Below, in pieces: positions 37,235 to 48,896 of a DNA stretch of 64,000 nucleotides. Position numbers and translations under genes: made by a program. Under the pieces are notes generated by a model. It was not told the origin of the DNA. It made no database searches and saw only the letters and a program-made list of their open reading frames with translations. The first letter of the stretch is position 1. Each line of letters opens with the position of its first letter. This DNA comes from Callorhinchus milii (taxonomy: Eukaryota): assembly GCF_018977255.1 (NCBI RefSeq), contig NW_024704742.1, forward strand, positions 47,246,001-47,310,000. Direction: 5' to 3'.

Positions 37235-40200
37235 ATGGCTGCCGCTTTGACCCGAGCCCCCTCACCCCCTCCCTCCCTCCCCCCTCCTCTCTCCCCCCAA
37301 ACCCTCCCCCCTCTGCATCTCTCCCGCTCTCTCCTCCTCTCTCTCCGTCCCTCTCGTCTTCTATCCCCACTTGACCCTCCCACAACCTCCCTCTGTTCCA
37401 GTCTGGGAATCCTCCGCCGGGCTCACCGTGGCACTCGGCGTTGGCTGTCCAGCAGCAGCCACACCGACTGCCCCATTCCCCACCACTCTCGCCAGCCACC
37501 CCGGACACAGACCCGGGGAGTCAACCTCTCCTCCCTCATCCCCATCTCCCCCACCCCTGCCTCACAACCTGGACCCCCCTCCCCTCCCACACACCCTTCT
37601 GTCAACCGCTCCCTCCACATCGGACTGCAAAATGTCCGCTCCCTCTGCAACAAGGCCCTGGTCATCAACGATCTCATCCTTGATGAGAACGTTGATATCA
37701 TGGCCTTGACAGAAACGTGGCTCACCCCAGGCGACACCTTCCCCCTCACGGAGGCCACGCCACCCGGCTACACCTCCCACCACATCCCCCGCCCCAACCG
37801 CCGTGGCGGTGGTGTTGCCCTTATCTCAAGGACACCACTTGCCCTATCCCCCTACTCCACTGGCTCTTTCCCCTCCTTCGAGCACCTCACCCTCTCCCAC
37901 CCCTCATTCCTCTCCCTTAAAATCCTCCTCCTCTACCGGCCCCCTAAAACCTCTCCCACCTTCATCTCTGACATTTCAACACTCCTCACATCTCTTTGCC
38001 TCTGCTCCGATCGCCTCATCATCCTGGGCGACTTTAACCTACACTTCACCCCCTCCTGCTCCATCTCCACAGACTTCTCTTCCCTGCTCTCCTCACTCAA
38101 CCTTTCCCTACACATAAACTCCCCCACTCACAGTCACGGCCACCCACTCGATTTGGTGATCACCCGGGGCCTCAGTGTCTCGGATGTCACTATTACCGAC
38201 AAGGCCATCTCCGACCACTACTTCATCTCCTTCACCACCTCCACCCCCCTCCCCACCTCCACCAGACCCACCACCATCTTCTACCGCCCTTGGAAGAAGT
38301 TACCCCCACAATCCCTAACCGATGCCTTGGAGTCCTCTGAACTCCTCTCCCTCTGGCCTTCAACCCTCACCGACCCCTCTTCTCCTCTCTCCCTCCTCCA
38401 CAATATCCTCTCCTCCACACTCGATACTCTTGCCCCCATCACTTCCCGCACTGTCTCCTACTCCCGCTCCTCCCCCTGGTACACCACCCACCTCCGCTCA
38501 CTGAAATGCCAGGTGCGGGCTGCTGAGCGCACCTTTGTCAAATCCGGCTTAACGGTCCACCGACAAATCTGGCTGGACCTCCTCAAAATTTACCGCTCCA
38601 CTCTAGCCTCGGCCAAGTCGTCCTTCTACTCCAGGATAATCCTGGAGGCGAAGAACAACCCCAGGCTACTGTTTTCCACCACATCCCGACTCCTCCGTCC
38701 CCCCCGCCACCCCGCGCAGGTCATCTCCTCCAACCTTCACTGCGAGGAGATGCTGGATTTCCTTGAATCCAAGATCAAGGGAATCCGCTCCGCGGTCACT
38801 TCCCCTCCAACTTCCACCCACCACCCACCCCTTCCCTCCCACACTCCGACTCCTACCCATCCTCCCCTACACACCTTCGTACCCGTTTCCCCACCCTCTG
38901 TCACTGAACTCATCCTATCCCTAAAACCAACCACCTGCTCCCTTGACCCCATCCCCACTCCACTCCTTATCTCCCAGCTCCATTTTCTTGCCCCACACAT
39001 CACTGACATCATAAACCTGTCCCTCTCCTCTGGCTCTGTCCCCATTCCATTAAAAACTGCCATCATCACGCCCACCCTGAAAAAACCCTCCCTTGATGCG
39101 TCGCAGCTATCAAGCTACCGGCCCATCTCCAACCTCCCCTTTCTCTCCAAGGTCTTGGAAAGAGTTGTCGCCTCCCAACTGCGCTCTTTCCTCTCCACCC
39201 ATTCTCTTTTTGAACCCCTTCAGTCAGGTTTCCGTGCTGCTCATAGCACAGAAACTGCCCTGGTCAAGGTCACCAATGATATCCTGACCATCTGTGACCA
39301 GGGCTCCCTCTGTCTCCTCGTCCTCCTCGACCTATCGGCAGCATTCGATACGGTCGACCACACTATCCTACTCCACCGCTTGTCCTCCCACCTCAACCTT
39401 CAAGGCACTGTCCTTGAATGGTTTAGGTCGTACCTTTCTCACCGTCTTCACTTCGTCTCAACGAATGGCTTCTCCTCCACCCCCCGTACTGTCTCATGTG
39501 GTGTCCCTCAGGGCTCTGTCCTCGGTCCCCTCCTCTTCACCCTCTATATGCTCCCCCTTGGTGACATCATCCGCAAACATGGGGTTAACTTCCACATGTA
39601 TGCGGATGACACCCAACTCTACCTTTCCTCCTCTACTCTCAACTCCACGACCACCGATGTCCTGACAGCCTGCCTGTCCGACATCGAGTCCTGGACGAGA
39701 GACAACTTTCTTCAGCTCAACGTGCAAAAAACCGAGGCCCTCCTGATTGGCTCACGTCAGCGCCTCCGCACCTCAGGCGCTGACACCATCAGCATCCAAG
39801 GCTGCACTCTCCACCTCTCAAAGCCAGTCAGGAACCTCGGCGTTTTGTTCGACCCTGAGCTGTCCTTTCTCCCTCACATCCGCACCACAACTGGCACCGC
39901 CTTCCATCACCTCCGGAATATCGCCAGATTACGGCACTACCTCACCCCTCACGCTGCTGAAACCCTGGTTCACGCCTTTGTCACCTCAAGGCTGGACTAT
40001 GGGAACTCTCTCCTCGCCGGCCTTCCCGCCACCTCCCTCCACAAGCTGCAGGTCATTCAGAACTCTGCAGCTCGTGTACTGTCCCGCACCAGGCTTCGGG
40101 ACCACATCACTCCCACCCTCGCTCGCCTCCACTGGCTCCCCATCCCCCAGAGGATTGATTTCAAGATCCTCATCCTCACCTACAAGGCCATTCACGGCCT

Positions 40201-40495
40201 TGCTCCCTCCTACCTCTCCAACCTACTATCCCCCTACCTACCTGCCCGTACCCTCCGTTCCTCTGGCTCCGGTCTGCTCCACGTCCCCCGCCCCAACCGC
40301 CCTACTATCGGTGGTCGGGCCTTCAGCCTCTCAGCCCCGAGGCTCTGGAACTCCATCCCCCAGTGCCTTCGCCTTGCTTCCTCCCTTTCCTCCTTCAAGG
40401 CCGGTCTCAAAACCTTTCTCTTTGACCGTGCCTTCAGCTCCCCTCTCGACTCTCTTCCTCCTCCTCGCTCCCTCCCTTCCCTCCCCTCACCCTGA
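37235..40495 (+). CDS. L2 LINE polyprotein (APE endonuclease + reverse transcriptase), 1086 aa from the first in-frame ATG
   Basis: APE motifs LQNVRSL, ALTETWL, RRGGGVA, YRPP, ILGDFN, SDH; RT motifs [40 protein letters not shown]; no stops; ATG in ACTATGG Kozak context (track starts at GTG 37226). Confidence 0.97.
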   Translation: MAAALTRAPSPPPSLPPPLSPQTLPPLHLSRSLLLSLRPSRLLSPLDPPTTSLCSSLGILRRAHRGTRRWLSSSSHTDCPIPHHSRQPPRTQTRGVNLSSLIPISPTPASQPGPPSPPTHPSVNRSLHIGLQNVRSLCNKALVINDLILDENVDIMALTETWLTPGDTFPLTEATPPGYTSHHIPRPNRRGGGVALISRTPLALSPYSTGSFPSFEHLTLSHPSFLSLKILLLYRPPKTSPTFISDISTLLTSLCLCSDRLIILGDFNLHFTPSCSISTDFSSLLSSLNLSLHINSPTHSHGHPLDLVITRGLSVSDVTITDKAISDHYFISFTTSTPLPTSTRPTTIFYRPWKKLPPQSLTDALESSELLSLWPSTLTDPSSPLSLLHNILSSTLDTLAPITSRTVSYSRSSPWYTTHLRSLKCQVRAAERTFVKSGLTVHRQIWLDLLKIYRSTLASAKSSFYSRIILEAKNNPRLLFSTTSRLLRPPRHPAQVISSNLHCEEMLDFLESKIKGIRSAVTSPPTSTHHPPLPSHTPTPTHPPLHTFVPVSPPSVTELILSLKPTTCSLDPIPTPLLISQLHFLAPHITDIINLSLSSGSVPIPLKTAIITPTLKKPSLDASQLSSYRPISNLPFLSKVLERVVASQLRSFLSTHSLFEPLQSGFRAAHSTETALVKVTNDILTICDQGSLCLLVLLDLSAAFDTVDHTILLHRLSSHLNLQGTVLEWFRSYLSHRLHFVSTNGFSSTPRTVSCGVPQGSVLGPLLFTLYMLPLGDIIRKHGVNFHMYADDTQLYLSSSTLNSTTTDVLTACLSDIESWTRDNFLQLNVQKTEALLIGSRQRLRTSGADTISIQGCTLHLSKPVRNLGVLFDPELSFLPHIRTTTGTAFHHLRNIARLRHYLTPHAAETLVHAFVTSRLDYGNSLLAGLPATSLHKLQVIQNSAARVLSRTRLRDHITPTLARLHWLPIPQRIDFKILILTYKAIHGLAPSYLSNLLSPYLPARTLRSSGSGLLHVPRPNRPTIGGRAFSLSAPRLWNSIPQCLRLASSLSSFKAGLKTFLFDRAFSSPLDSLPPPRSLPSLPSP

Positions 40496-40577
40496 CCATT
40501 TCCCCCTCCTCTCTCCCTCCCTTCCCTCCCCTCACCCTGACCATTTCCCCCCTGCTCGGGTCATGACCCAACTGTGC

Positions 40578-40613
40578 AGCGCCTTGGGACGTCCTCCTGA
40601 CGTGAAAGGCGCT
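40578..40613 (+). other. L2 3' terminal stem-loop (probable RT recognition signal)
   Basis: AGCGCCTT-ggg-ACGTC-ctcct-GACGT-ga-AAGGCGCT; variants close most LINE and SINE tails in the window. Confidence 0.8.
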
Positions 40614-40643
40614 CTATAAATGGAATCTTGTTGTTGTTGTTGT

Positions 40644-41537
40644 TGTCCTGAATGTCTGTCAGACATCAAGTCCTGGACGAGAGCTAATTTTCTTCAGTTC
40701 AGGGTCAGCAAGACCGAGGCTTTCCTGATTGGCTCCTGTCAGCGCCTCTTCACCTCGGGCGCTGACAGCATCACCATCCATGGATACACACTGCACCAGT
40801 CCAGAACCTTGGCGTCTTGGTTGAACCTCAATTGTCCTTCCTACCTCACATCGGTGCCGTGTCCCGCTCTGCCTTCCCCCAGCTCTGTAAAATCGCCCGG
40901 CTCCACCACTGTCTCACACCACAGGCGGCAGATACCCTCATACATGCTTTCATAACATCCAGGCTCAACTAAACAAACTCCCTGCTTGTCGGCTTCCCCA
41001 ACTCCTCCCTCCATAGGCTGCAGCCCGTGTCCTCTCCCACACTATGCTCCGTGACCCTATCGCCCCCATCCTCGCCCGACTCCACTAGTTTCCCATCACA
41101 CAGAGGATACAGTTCAAGATCCTAGTCCTCACCTTCAAAGCCCTCCATGGCCTTGCTACCCCCTCATCTCTGCCACCTCCTAACCCCCTGCCAACCTGCT
41201 CGCTCCCTCTGCTCAGTGGGATTTGACCTGCTTAAAGTCTATAGCCTCGCCTGCACCACCATTGGCGGGCAGGCCTTCTATTCACCTTGCCCCCACCCTC
41301 TGGAACTCCATCCCGCAGTCCTTCCTCCTCGCCCCCTCCCTTGCCTCCTTCAAGACCCATCTCAAGACCCTCCTCTTCGACCGTGCCTTCAATCACCTGC
41401 ATTCTCCCCTCCCACCCGCTCTCCACCCTCCCCGATCCTGACCCCCCCCAGCTCAGGTCCGAAACACTGATTGACCAGCGCCTTGGGACGTCCTCCCAAC
41501 GTGAGAGGCGCTTTACAAATGTAATTTTGTTGTTGTT
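40644..41537 (+). mobile_element. Right half of the interrupted older L2, through its 3' tail
   Basis: ECLSDIKSWTRANFLQ..KTEAFLIGS directly continues 35775-35844; ends in stem-loop and (TTG)n. Confidence 0.9.
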
Positions 41538-42617
41538 GCTTCTCTTGGGCAAGCCTCTCCACCAATTTATATTCTAGCATTTAGACATTGCTGGGTTGTT
41601 TACAAATGGCACCAGCAAAGCTGACAGTGATATGTATGAGGTGGTTTGTTGCCAGGGGTAACCTGTAGTTTTGTTCAAGGTTGTAATGGCACCAATCTGG
41701 TGGTGAGACACTTTGATGATACGTGTGACATACATGAGCAAGAAGGGAATGGAGGGGGTAGAGAGAGGGATTTGGATTGGGTGGAGATTCCTCCTGTGAA
41801 GTACAAACAGCATAGACTAGCTGTGCTGAATGGCCTGTTTCCGTGCTGTACACTCTATTGCATGTGATACTATATGATATTGCCTCAGATTGGGATGGTG
41901 AGAGAATTAGAAAAATGTCTGGTCTGACTACGACATGCTGCAGCCTTGTTTAAGACCAGTGACCAATGAAGTGGTATTGCTGTTGATGGCCTGTGGGTCT
42001 CTTTACTCACCTTTGTGAAATGTATGACTGAGAAATGTTTGTCCATGATTCTAAAATTGCTGTTCATTTGATGTAAATCAGGCTGTTTCTAGCACTTCTG
42101 CTCTATCAGTTGAGTGAGTCATACAGCAGCAAGATTGGAAGCTGGTGATGGAAAGCTGCTTTAAGCATTGATGATTCCTAGATTTAATTTTAATTTTAAA
42201 TTTTGGTAAATGAATATTTGTAACTGCCAATGAAGCTGTAACCTTGAATGTGGCTTACAGATTTCCAGGAAATGATTCACAAATACAATTCACAAATCAT
42301 ATTCAGATGTTTTGTTTCCTATTAGGTTACCACACTCCCAAAGAATATTAATTGTTGTGGTCGGTTAACTTCCTCAACAGTAATTTAGTCAACAGGTTAA
42401 TACCTAGCATCTGTAGACTCTTTATATAGTTTTCTTACCTTGGGTTAATGGGAGGGTGACTAAGAAAAACATCTGGTCTGACTACAATACTCTGCAGCCT
42501 TGTTTAATGCTGTGTATTCTCAAGCAGACATCATCTTATCTGGATCAGCTGTTCAGGGGGGCATTGCTGATGACAAACCAGGCAGCCTTGACTGCTGCCT
42601 AGGACCTGGCTACTACC

Positions 42618-43143
42618 ACTACCATCCATAAAATCCAAATCATTCAAAACTCTGCCGCCCGCATTCTCACCCACATGAAACTCCGTTCCCCAATCACCCC
42701 AGTTCTTGCCAGACTGCACTGGCTGCCTATCCCAGAGAAGATCGATTTCAAGATCCTCACCTTTGTATTCAAATCCCTGCATTCCTCTGCACCCCCCTAC
42801 CTCTCTGACCTCCCTGACCTCCTCTCTCCTCAAAACCGTACCCGTTGCCTTCGTTCCTCCGGGTCTGGCCTCCTCCTCGTCCCCCAAGTCCTCCGCTCCA
42901 CCCTCGGCGGCCGGTGCCTTCAGCCACTATGCCCCGAGGCTCTGGAACTGCCTTCCTCACTCCATTCGTCTCGCTCCCTCCCTTCCCATTTTCAGGTCTC
43001 TGCTGAAGATCTTTCTTTTTGACCGAGCCTTTGTCACCTCCCCCCCCTCCCCCTGGCTCGGTCCCGGGATCCGTTACTGTAGAGCACTCTGAGACGCCGT
43101 CCGGCGTGGAGAGTGCTATATAAATCCAAGTTGTTGTTGTTGT
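42618..43143 (+). mobile_element. L2 3' fragment (different tail variant)
   Basis: [24 protein letters not shown]; tail agcactctgagacgccgtccggcgtggagagtgct and (TTG)n. Confidence 0.9.
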
Positions 43144-43179
43144 CCCACAAACATCTCTGCACCCCCACCCAGTAAGTTC

Positions 43180-43600
43180 ACCATCCAGGCCTTGATGTCT
43201 GACAAGTAAATGGATTAAAAGATGGATGAACCTGGGGGTCACAGCTGGAAGAGAAGTATATTTGGGTGTCCGCTTATGTGTGGGAGTTGATCCCACGTCA
43301 GTGGATGACATCACAGAGAAGGAATCAAGGATGGAGCCTTGGGGTTCACCGCATGTGACGGGGTGGGAGGAAAAACTATTTGCGGAGATGAAGTGATGCC
43401 ACTGGATCAGGTAGGACTGGAACCATGCTAGTGCGGTCCTACTGAGGCGGATGAGGAGGGAGAGGCAGTGGAGGAGAATGGCGTGGTCAACTGTGTCAAA
43501 GGCAGCAGAAAGCTCCAGGAGGACAATGAGATAGAGGGAGCCCTGGTCACGGAGAGAGTGAGGATGGGTATGATGGTCCTTGTTGAAGAAGCTTGTCACA
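43180..43600 (-). mobile_element. L2 RT fragment
   Basis: [34 protein letters not shown] on the minus strand. Confidence 0.9.
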
Positions 43601-43950
43601 AAGTGTCCAATGTTTGTTTGGTTTCAGCTGGTTAAAGTCTTAACAGTACCCCAGCACACATTCTGCGATCAAAAGACTTGACTCTCTTGCCAACCTGCAT
43701 TTAATATTTTGCGGAGTATTCCTCCTCTGCAAAGACCATGCACATGTGCTCCATTCCAGACAAAGGAATATTCTCAGTGCATACTTAGAACTGTCAGGAG
43801 TTTGGATTCAAGATGCTCAAACATTGTGATGAGTTTCAGTTATGCTTCAGACACTTAGCTCCCATCTGTCAAAGAGAGAGAATGGGGTGGGGGTAGGGGT
43901 GAGTTTGAGAGGCACAGATAATCAGACAGAGAGAAAAAATAGTTAGTGAG

Positions 43951-44040
43951 AGAAATGAGTTGTGTGGTGGAAATGAGTTGGCATTGTGTGGTGGAAATGA
44001 GTTGTCTTTTGTGGTGGAAATGAGTTGGCATTGTGGTGGA
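43951..44040. repeat. Short imperfect minisatellite (about 4 units of ~20-24 bp)
   Basis: Repeated gtggtggaaatgagttg(gcatt). Confidence 0.75.
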
Positions 44041-44326
44041 GGAGGCCTCTCTACTGATAGTGTTTCACTAGTTAAGACTAAAATCACAAATTGCAATAAG
44101 GATTTGTGTAGGTGAGCTTCAGACATTAAATGGATGTCTGCATTTACTTGCTTGGCAATTCAGGTTGTGGGCTTTTTTGTATTCTATGGCCGTGTTGTGA
44201 CTGGAAAATAGGATTTCCCCAAACATGCTTTGTAACTCTGAGCCATCAGACTTTAAAGTTCTGCTGATTTGAACCCGGCTAGGTCTGAGATCAAAGGTTG
44301 TTGTTTAACACACAATAGCACCCAGT

Positions 44327-45400
44327 GAACATAAGAATTAGGAGCAGGAATAGGCCATTCGGACCCTCAACCCTGCCCCGCCATTCAATAAGATCATGGC
44401 TGATCTATTCTAATTCCACCTACCCGCCTTATCCCCATATCCCTTAATCCGTTTATCCACAAGAAATCTATCAATCTCAGTCTTGAATATGTTCAAGGAC
44501 TGAGCATCTACAGCCCTTTGGGGTAAAGAATTCCATAAATTCACTATCCTCTGAGTGAAGAAGTTTTTCCTCAACTCAGTGCAAAAGGGCTTACCCCTAA
44601 TTTTAAGACTGTGACCCCTGGTTATAGTTTCTCCAACCAGGGGAAAAAGTCTCCCGCTATCTATTCTGTCGTGCCCCTTCATAATCGTATAGGTTTCTAT
44701 AAGATCATCTCTCATTCTTCTATATTTTAGAGAATAAATTACTCAACCTATCCTCATAACTCAACCCCCTCACCCCAGGTACCAACCTAGTGAATCTAAG
44801 TTGTTCCCCCTCCAAGGCGAGTACATCCTTTCTTAAATAAGGAGACCAAAACTGCACACAATACTCTGGATGCGGTCTCACCAGGGCCCTGTACAGTTGC
44901 AGCAAGACTTCCCTACTCTTATATTCTAACCCTTTTGTAACAAATGCCAACATACCATTAGCCTTCCTAATTGTTTACTGTACCTGCAAATTAACTTTTT
45001 GTGACTGGTGTACACGAACACCCAAGTCCTTCTGAACGCTACCACTATCTAGTCTCTCCCCTTCTAAAAAATAAACTGCTCTTACTGTTTTTGCCACCTA
45101 GGTGGATGACTTCACACTTCCCTACATTATACTTCATCTGCCACTTATTTGCCCACTCACCTACCCTATCTATATCTTGTTGCATTTTTTAATGTCATCC
45201 TTGCTGTTTACTCTACCTCCTAGTTTAGTGTCATCCGCAAATTTGGATATATTAAGTTCGATATCCTCGTCTAGAGCATTGATGTAGATTGTAAATAGTT
45301 GAGACCCAAGCACTGATCCTTGTGGCACTCCACTAGTCACATCCCACCAATCTGAGAAGGACCCGTTTATCCCCACTATTTGTTTTCTTCCCGTTAGCCA
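44327..45400 (-). mobile_element. CR1 LINE 3' portion (RT, frameshifted)
   Basis: [48 protein letters not shown]; tail gaacataagaattaggagcagg. Confidence 0.95.
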
Positions 45401-45725
45401 CTAATATTAATACTGTATTGCAGTTTTAATTCAAACTAATGTATTGCATACTTTGCTAGCACAGGACTTTCACTGTACTAACTCAGAATGAATGTCATTT
45501 TCATTGTGATTTGATATGGTTGTGACCCATTCCAAATAAACTAGGACTTGCAGGTTATTCTGTCTAAGGTCATGGTGTTCAGATTTGTCTTTTGACGGCA
45601 CTGTGTGAGTCAGTGGTTTAAACAGCTCATTGCAGCTTAGCTCCAAGGGGAATTGAAGCATAAACGTCTGCAGCTGAAGACAGAGTGTGTGCAAGGTATT
45701 CAGTGGCTTGAATGCCACACAGTGG

Positions 45726-46891
45726 TGTTAGAATTTACACTTTTTGTATAATGTTAGAATCATAATAGATGTTGCGAATGAGTTAAGTTAAGTGTGGGGT
45801 CAACTGGACTGACACTCATGATTAACACTCAAAAGCGACAGAAGGCAACCCTCAAGAATAGCAACTAATGATCAAGTTGCTTAAACTAGAGGGCCTTGGT
45901 ACCATCCCGGGATACTGATAAGAAATAACCAGTCACTTAAAAGGAATGTACTAATGATCCCACCTTACAAAATAACAAGCATCAGATAACAGGGGTCTTA
46001 AGGACAATGTGTATGTGTGTGAGGCACGTACACCCCATGAGGTGTTCACGTGCATGATTTTGACAGGTGATCTAATGTCCGCACCATGATTGGACGAACA
46101 TCGGTAAAGAGTTCCGATAACTTTGTGTACGGGACCATCCCGGGTCACGGAGACAAGGGTACGTGAGATGGGGCCATCCCGGGTCGCGGAGACGAGGGTA
46201 CGGGAGATGGGGCCATCCCGGGTCGCGGAGACAAGGGTACGGGAGATGGGGCCATCCCGGGCTGCGGAGACGAGGGTACTGGAGATGGAGCCATCCCGGG
46301 TTGCGGAGACAAGGATACGGGAGATGGAAGACAGAGCTAGAAACACTAAGACTGAGAATATCAGATGGAAGATTGAAAGCTGTAAGCAAGAAGACTGAAA
46401 GCATGAAGAATCAAGCTTGTGTGCTGTAAAGACACAGTGTTGAACTCGAGATATCTACGGTGGTATTGTTCTGTTATAAGATCTGTTGATTGTACCGGCC
46501 TTTGGTCTGACCCATCGGGATATTGGGGAATAACGAACGAATAATAATAAAACAGTCAGCTATCTGGTTAAAGGAATTAGCGTTATTTCCTTACAGATTT
46601 GGCTGATTTTATTTTCTAACAACTTGGGATTCGGCGGGATACTCTGAATTAATACACTCGGCAGTTGACGTGTTTATGAGTCCGGTACGACCGTAACTAG
46701 TAAACAGTTGGGACGGTGGCCATGGTACTTGCAGAAATTAGGAGTACGGTACGACCGTAACTCGTAAATAGTTGGGACGGTGGCCGTGCCTGCGGGCAAT
46801 TAACTGAGTGTATTAACCCATTGGGATTCTGAGTATTAAAGAACTAATACAATCCATTTGAGCGAGTGTCTCTTATTTGGATTTTCTAACA
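45726..46891 (+). mobile_element. Non-coding LTR-like element (solo LTR or internally deleted provirus), 1166 bp
   Basis: Termini TGTTAGAA...TTCTAACA, 4-bp TSD GTGG (45722-45725, 46892-46895), AATAAA at ~46546, internal minisatellite; strand inferred from AATAAA. Confidence 0.8.
46135..46329. repeat. Five 39-bp GC-rich tandem units inside the LTR-like element
   Basis: Unit ccatcccgggtcgcggagacaagggtacgggagatgggg starting at 46135, 46174, 46213, 46252, 46291. Confidence 0.95.
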
Positions 46892-47269
46892 GTGGTAGCA
46901 GCTGGATTGCATTAACTTTATTTCTTTTAATATGGACGAAAAAGCTTCCTTTATTACATTTAAGATCTGTTCACCCATTGTAAACTGTTGTCCCCGGCCT
47001 CTTGACCAGTGAATTGCACATTGTACCTGGAAGACTAAAATTGCAGTAAGAGAATCCAAATGTGGTTAGGCTTCTTCCCTTGCATTACATCTTGTTCCAT
47101 TGTACATTATTGTGTATCTGAGCCTTTGTGCATAACTTGCAGGAGTGATGAGATGCTTAATTTAAACAGTTTGTAGTAGGGGGGGATAAAAATTTGGGAG
47201 GGGAAGATCAAGTGAGACATTTTAATGAACGGTTAGACCTAGCAAGTGCATCCTCTTTTTGGTTCCCAA

Positions 47270-47537
47270 TCTCCAATCCCTCCCCTTGTGCCGCTGAGAC
47301 CCTTATTCATGCTTTCATCACGTCCAGGCTTGACAAGGCCAACTCCCTTCTCTCCAGACTTCCTAACTCTTCCCTCCACAAACTGCACATTATTCAGAAC
47401 TCTGTAGCTTGTGACCTCTCCTGCACTAAGCTCCTTGAGCCTATCCCCTCCATTCTGCCCAGTACACTCTCCCAGGATCCCCAACCCCAAAGGATCGTGT
47501 TTAAGATCCTCATCATCACTTTTAAAGCCCTCCACTC
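47270..47537 (+). mobile_element. L2 ORF fragment
   Basis: AAETLIHAFITSRLDKANSLL..QRIVFKILIITFKALH. Confidence 0.9.
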
Positions 47538-48536
47538 AATTTCTCAAGAGCAATAATATCTCTGCTAAGATTAAATGACCAAAACAGCATATAGTTGTTC
47601 AGGTTGTTAGCACTTAGTCAGAAGATTGTGTGTTTGAGCTCTACGTCAGGACTTATGGCCTTAGCTGACATCTCAATTTCTGGCTTCTGTTAATCATAAA
47701 CTACGTGGACAGAATTTTGCCAAGTAGGTTCCTCTTTGGGAGAAAAAACAAAAATTCTGTACAAATTACCATCCTGTGCATTAAGAGGTATGAAATTCTA
47801 CCAGGCAGTAAGATAATTCCATGATCTATAGGCAAAAAATTTGCAACCTAAGATGAAAATTTTGCACATTCAATTTAAGACGAGGTATCAGGCTCTGCCA
47901 CTGTTGAGCACTCCGAGATGCCGTCTGGCATGAAGGGTGCTACATAAATGCACGTTGTTGTGATATTTCATGCTTCTGATGTTTAGATTATTTTACTCTG
48001 GCACGCTACCCTGCGTGAGGAGTGATATATAAATCAGGTTGTTGCTGTTTTGCCTGCCTGCCAGTAATTCTACTCAATGCAATGGGAGAAGGTACCATTA
48101 ATCTTGTGTAATGCATCCATACAGTTGTCAAGATTTTGAGAGGTGAATGGGTCACTGGAGAAGGGATTTATTTTCTCCTCTAAGCTCCTGTTAATCGAAC
48201 TGGTCAAGCAGCGGGAGGCTTGCTCAACGGTGCTCTGAATGGCAAATTGTTGATTGCTGGTTAAACTCCAGAGTATCCCCAATCCACACTCTGCGGGATC
48301 CGAACCTTGGTTTGCAACAATCTATGCCTCATCCTCTCCAGAATTGGGTAAACAAGGTTATTCCCTCCAGGGAGAGTAGGCTTTCCATTCCAGACATGGG
48401 GAAAATTAAATGTAGGTGACATACATGGAACTCTGTCTGATTTGGATAGTCTTGACCATGGTGATGTGTTTCTGCATGTCTGAGACCTGGCTGAACAAAC
48501 TGTTCAAAAGTGAAGCGTTTGTTTTAAATGTGGAGT

Positions 48537-48896
48537 CCTATAGCATATTGTTTCGAGCACTCGTTTCGCAAACAAGTGGACCCGGGTTCGATTCCCTGGC
48601 TGCACAAAACATTAGGCAAGTTTCCTTACTCCACACACCTCTATTTACCTAGCAGTAAGTAGGAACCCGTTTGTTAATTGTTTGGTGGATCACTTTTCTG
48701 GGGGTGGTAATCCCTTCAAAAATAAATAATTTGTTTATTTAATCCATAACTGTTTGTGGAGCACTACTGTGTGCAATTGGCTGCTGTGTTTTGCCCACAA
48801 AATATACAGTCAATTCACTTTACAGTAATTTCACTTTACTGTGAAGTGCTTTGAGATGTCTCGAAGATGTGATAAGGCACTATATCAAATGCAAGG
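48537..48896 (+). mobile_element. Near full-length tRNA-SINE (long subfamily)
   Basis: gggttcgattcc B-box, ggcaagtttccttactccacacacctctatttacctagcagtaagtaggaacc, shared tail. Confidence 0.85.

Larger units (their letters stand above)
35845..40643 (+). mobile_element. Full-length, apparently intact single-ORF L2-clade LINE
   Basis: 5' monomer array, structured leader, uninterrupted APE-RT ORF, 3' stem-loop, (TTG)n tail; TGTCC on both flanks (35840-35844, 40644-40648). Confidence 0.95.

Noticed and set aside
39747..40619. 290-aa ORF and other ORFs overlapping the L2 ORF
   Set aside because: Alternate-frame products of C-rich, stop-poor sequence; low-complexity Ser/Pro translations.
42618..43600. 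Twin-primed (5'-inverted) L2 insertion
   Set aside because: The inverted RT piece lies 3' of the (TTG)n tail, the wrong side for twin priming; more likely two independent insertions.
45951..46429. Repetitive ORFs on both strands
   Set aside because: They arise from the stop-free 39-bp minisatellite; no gag/pol/env similarity.
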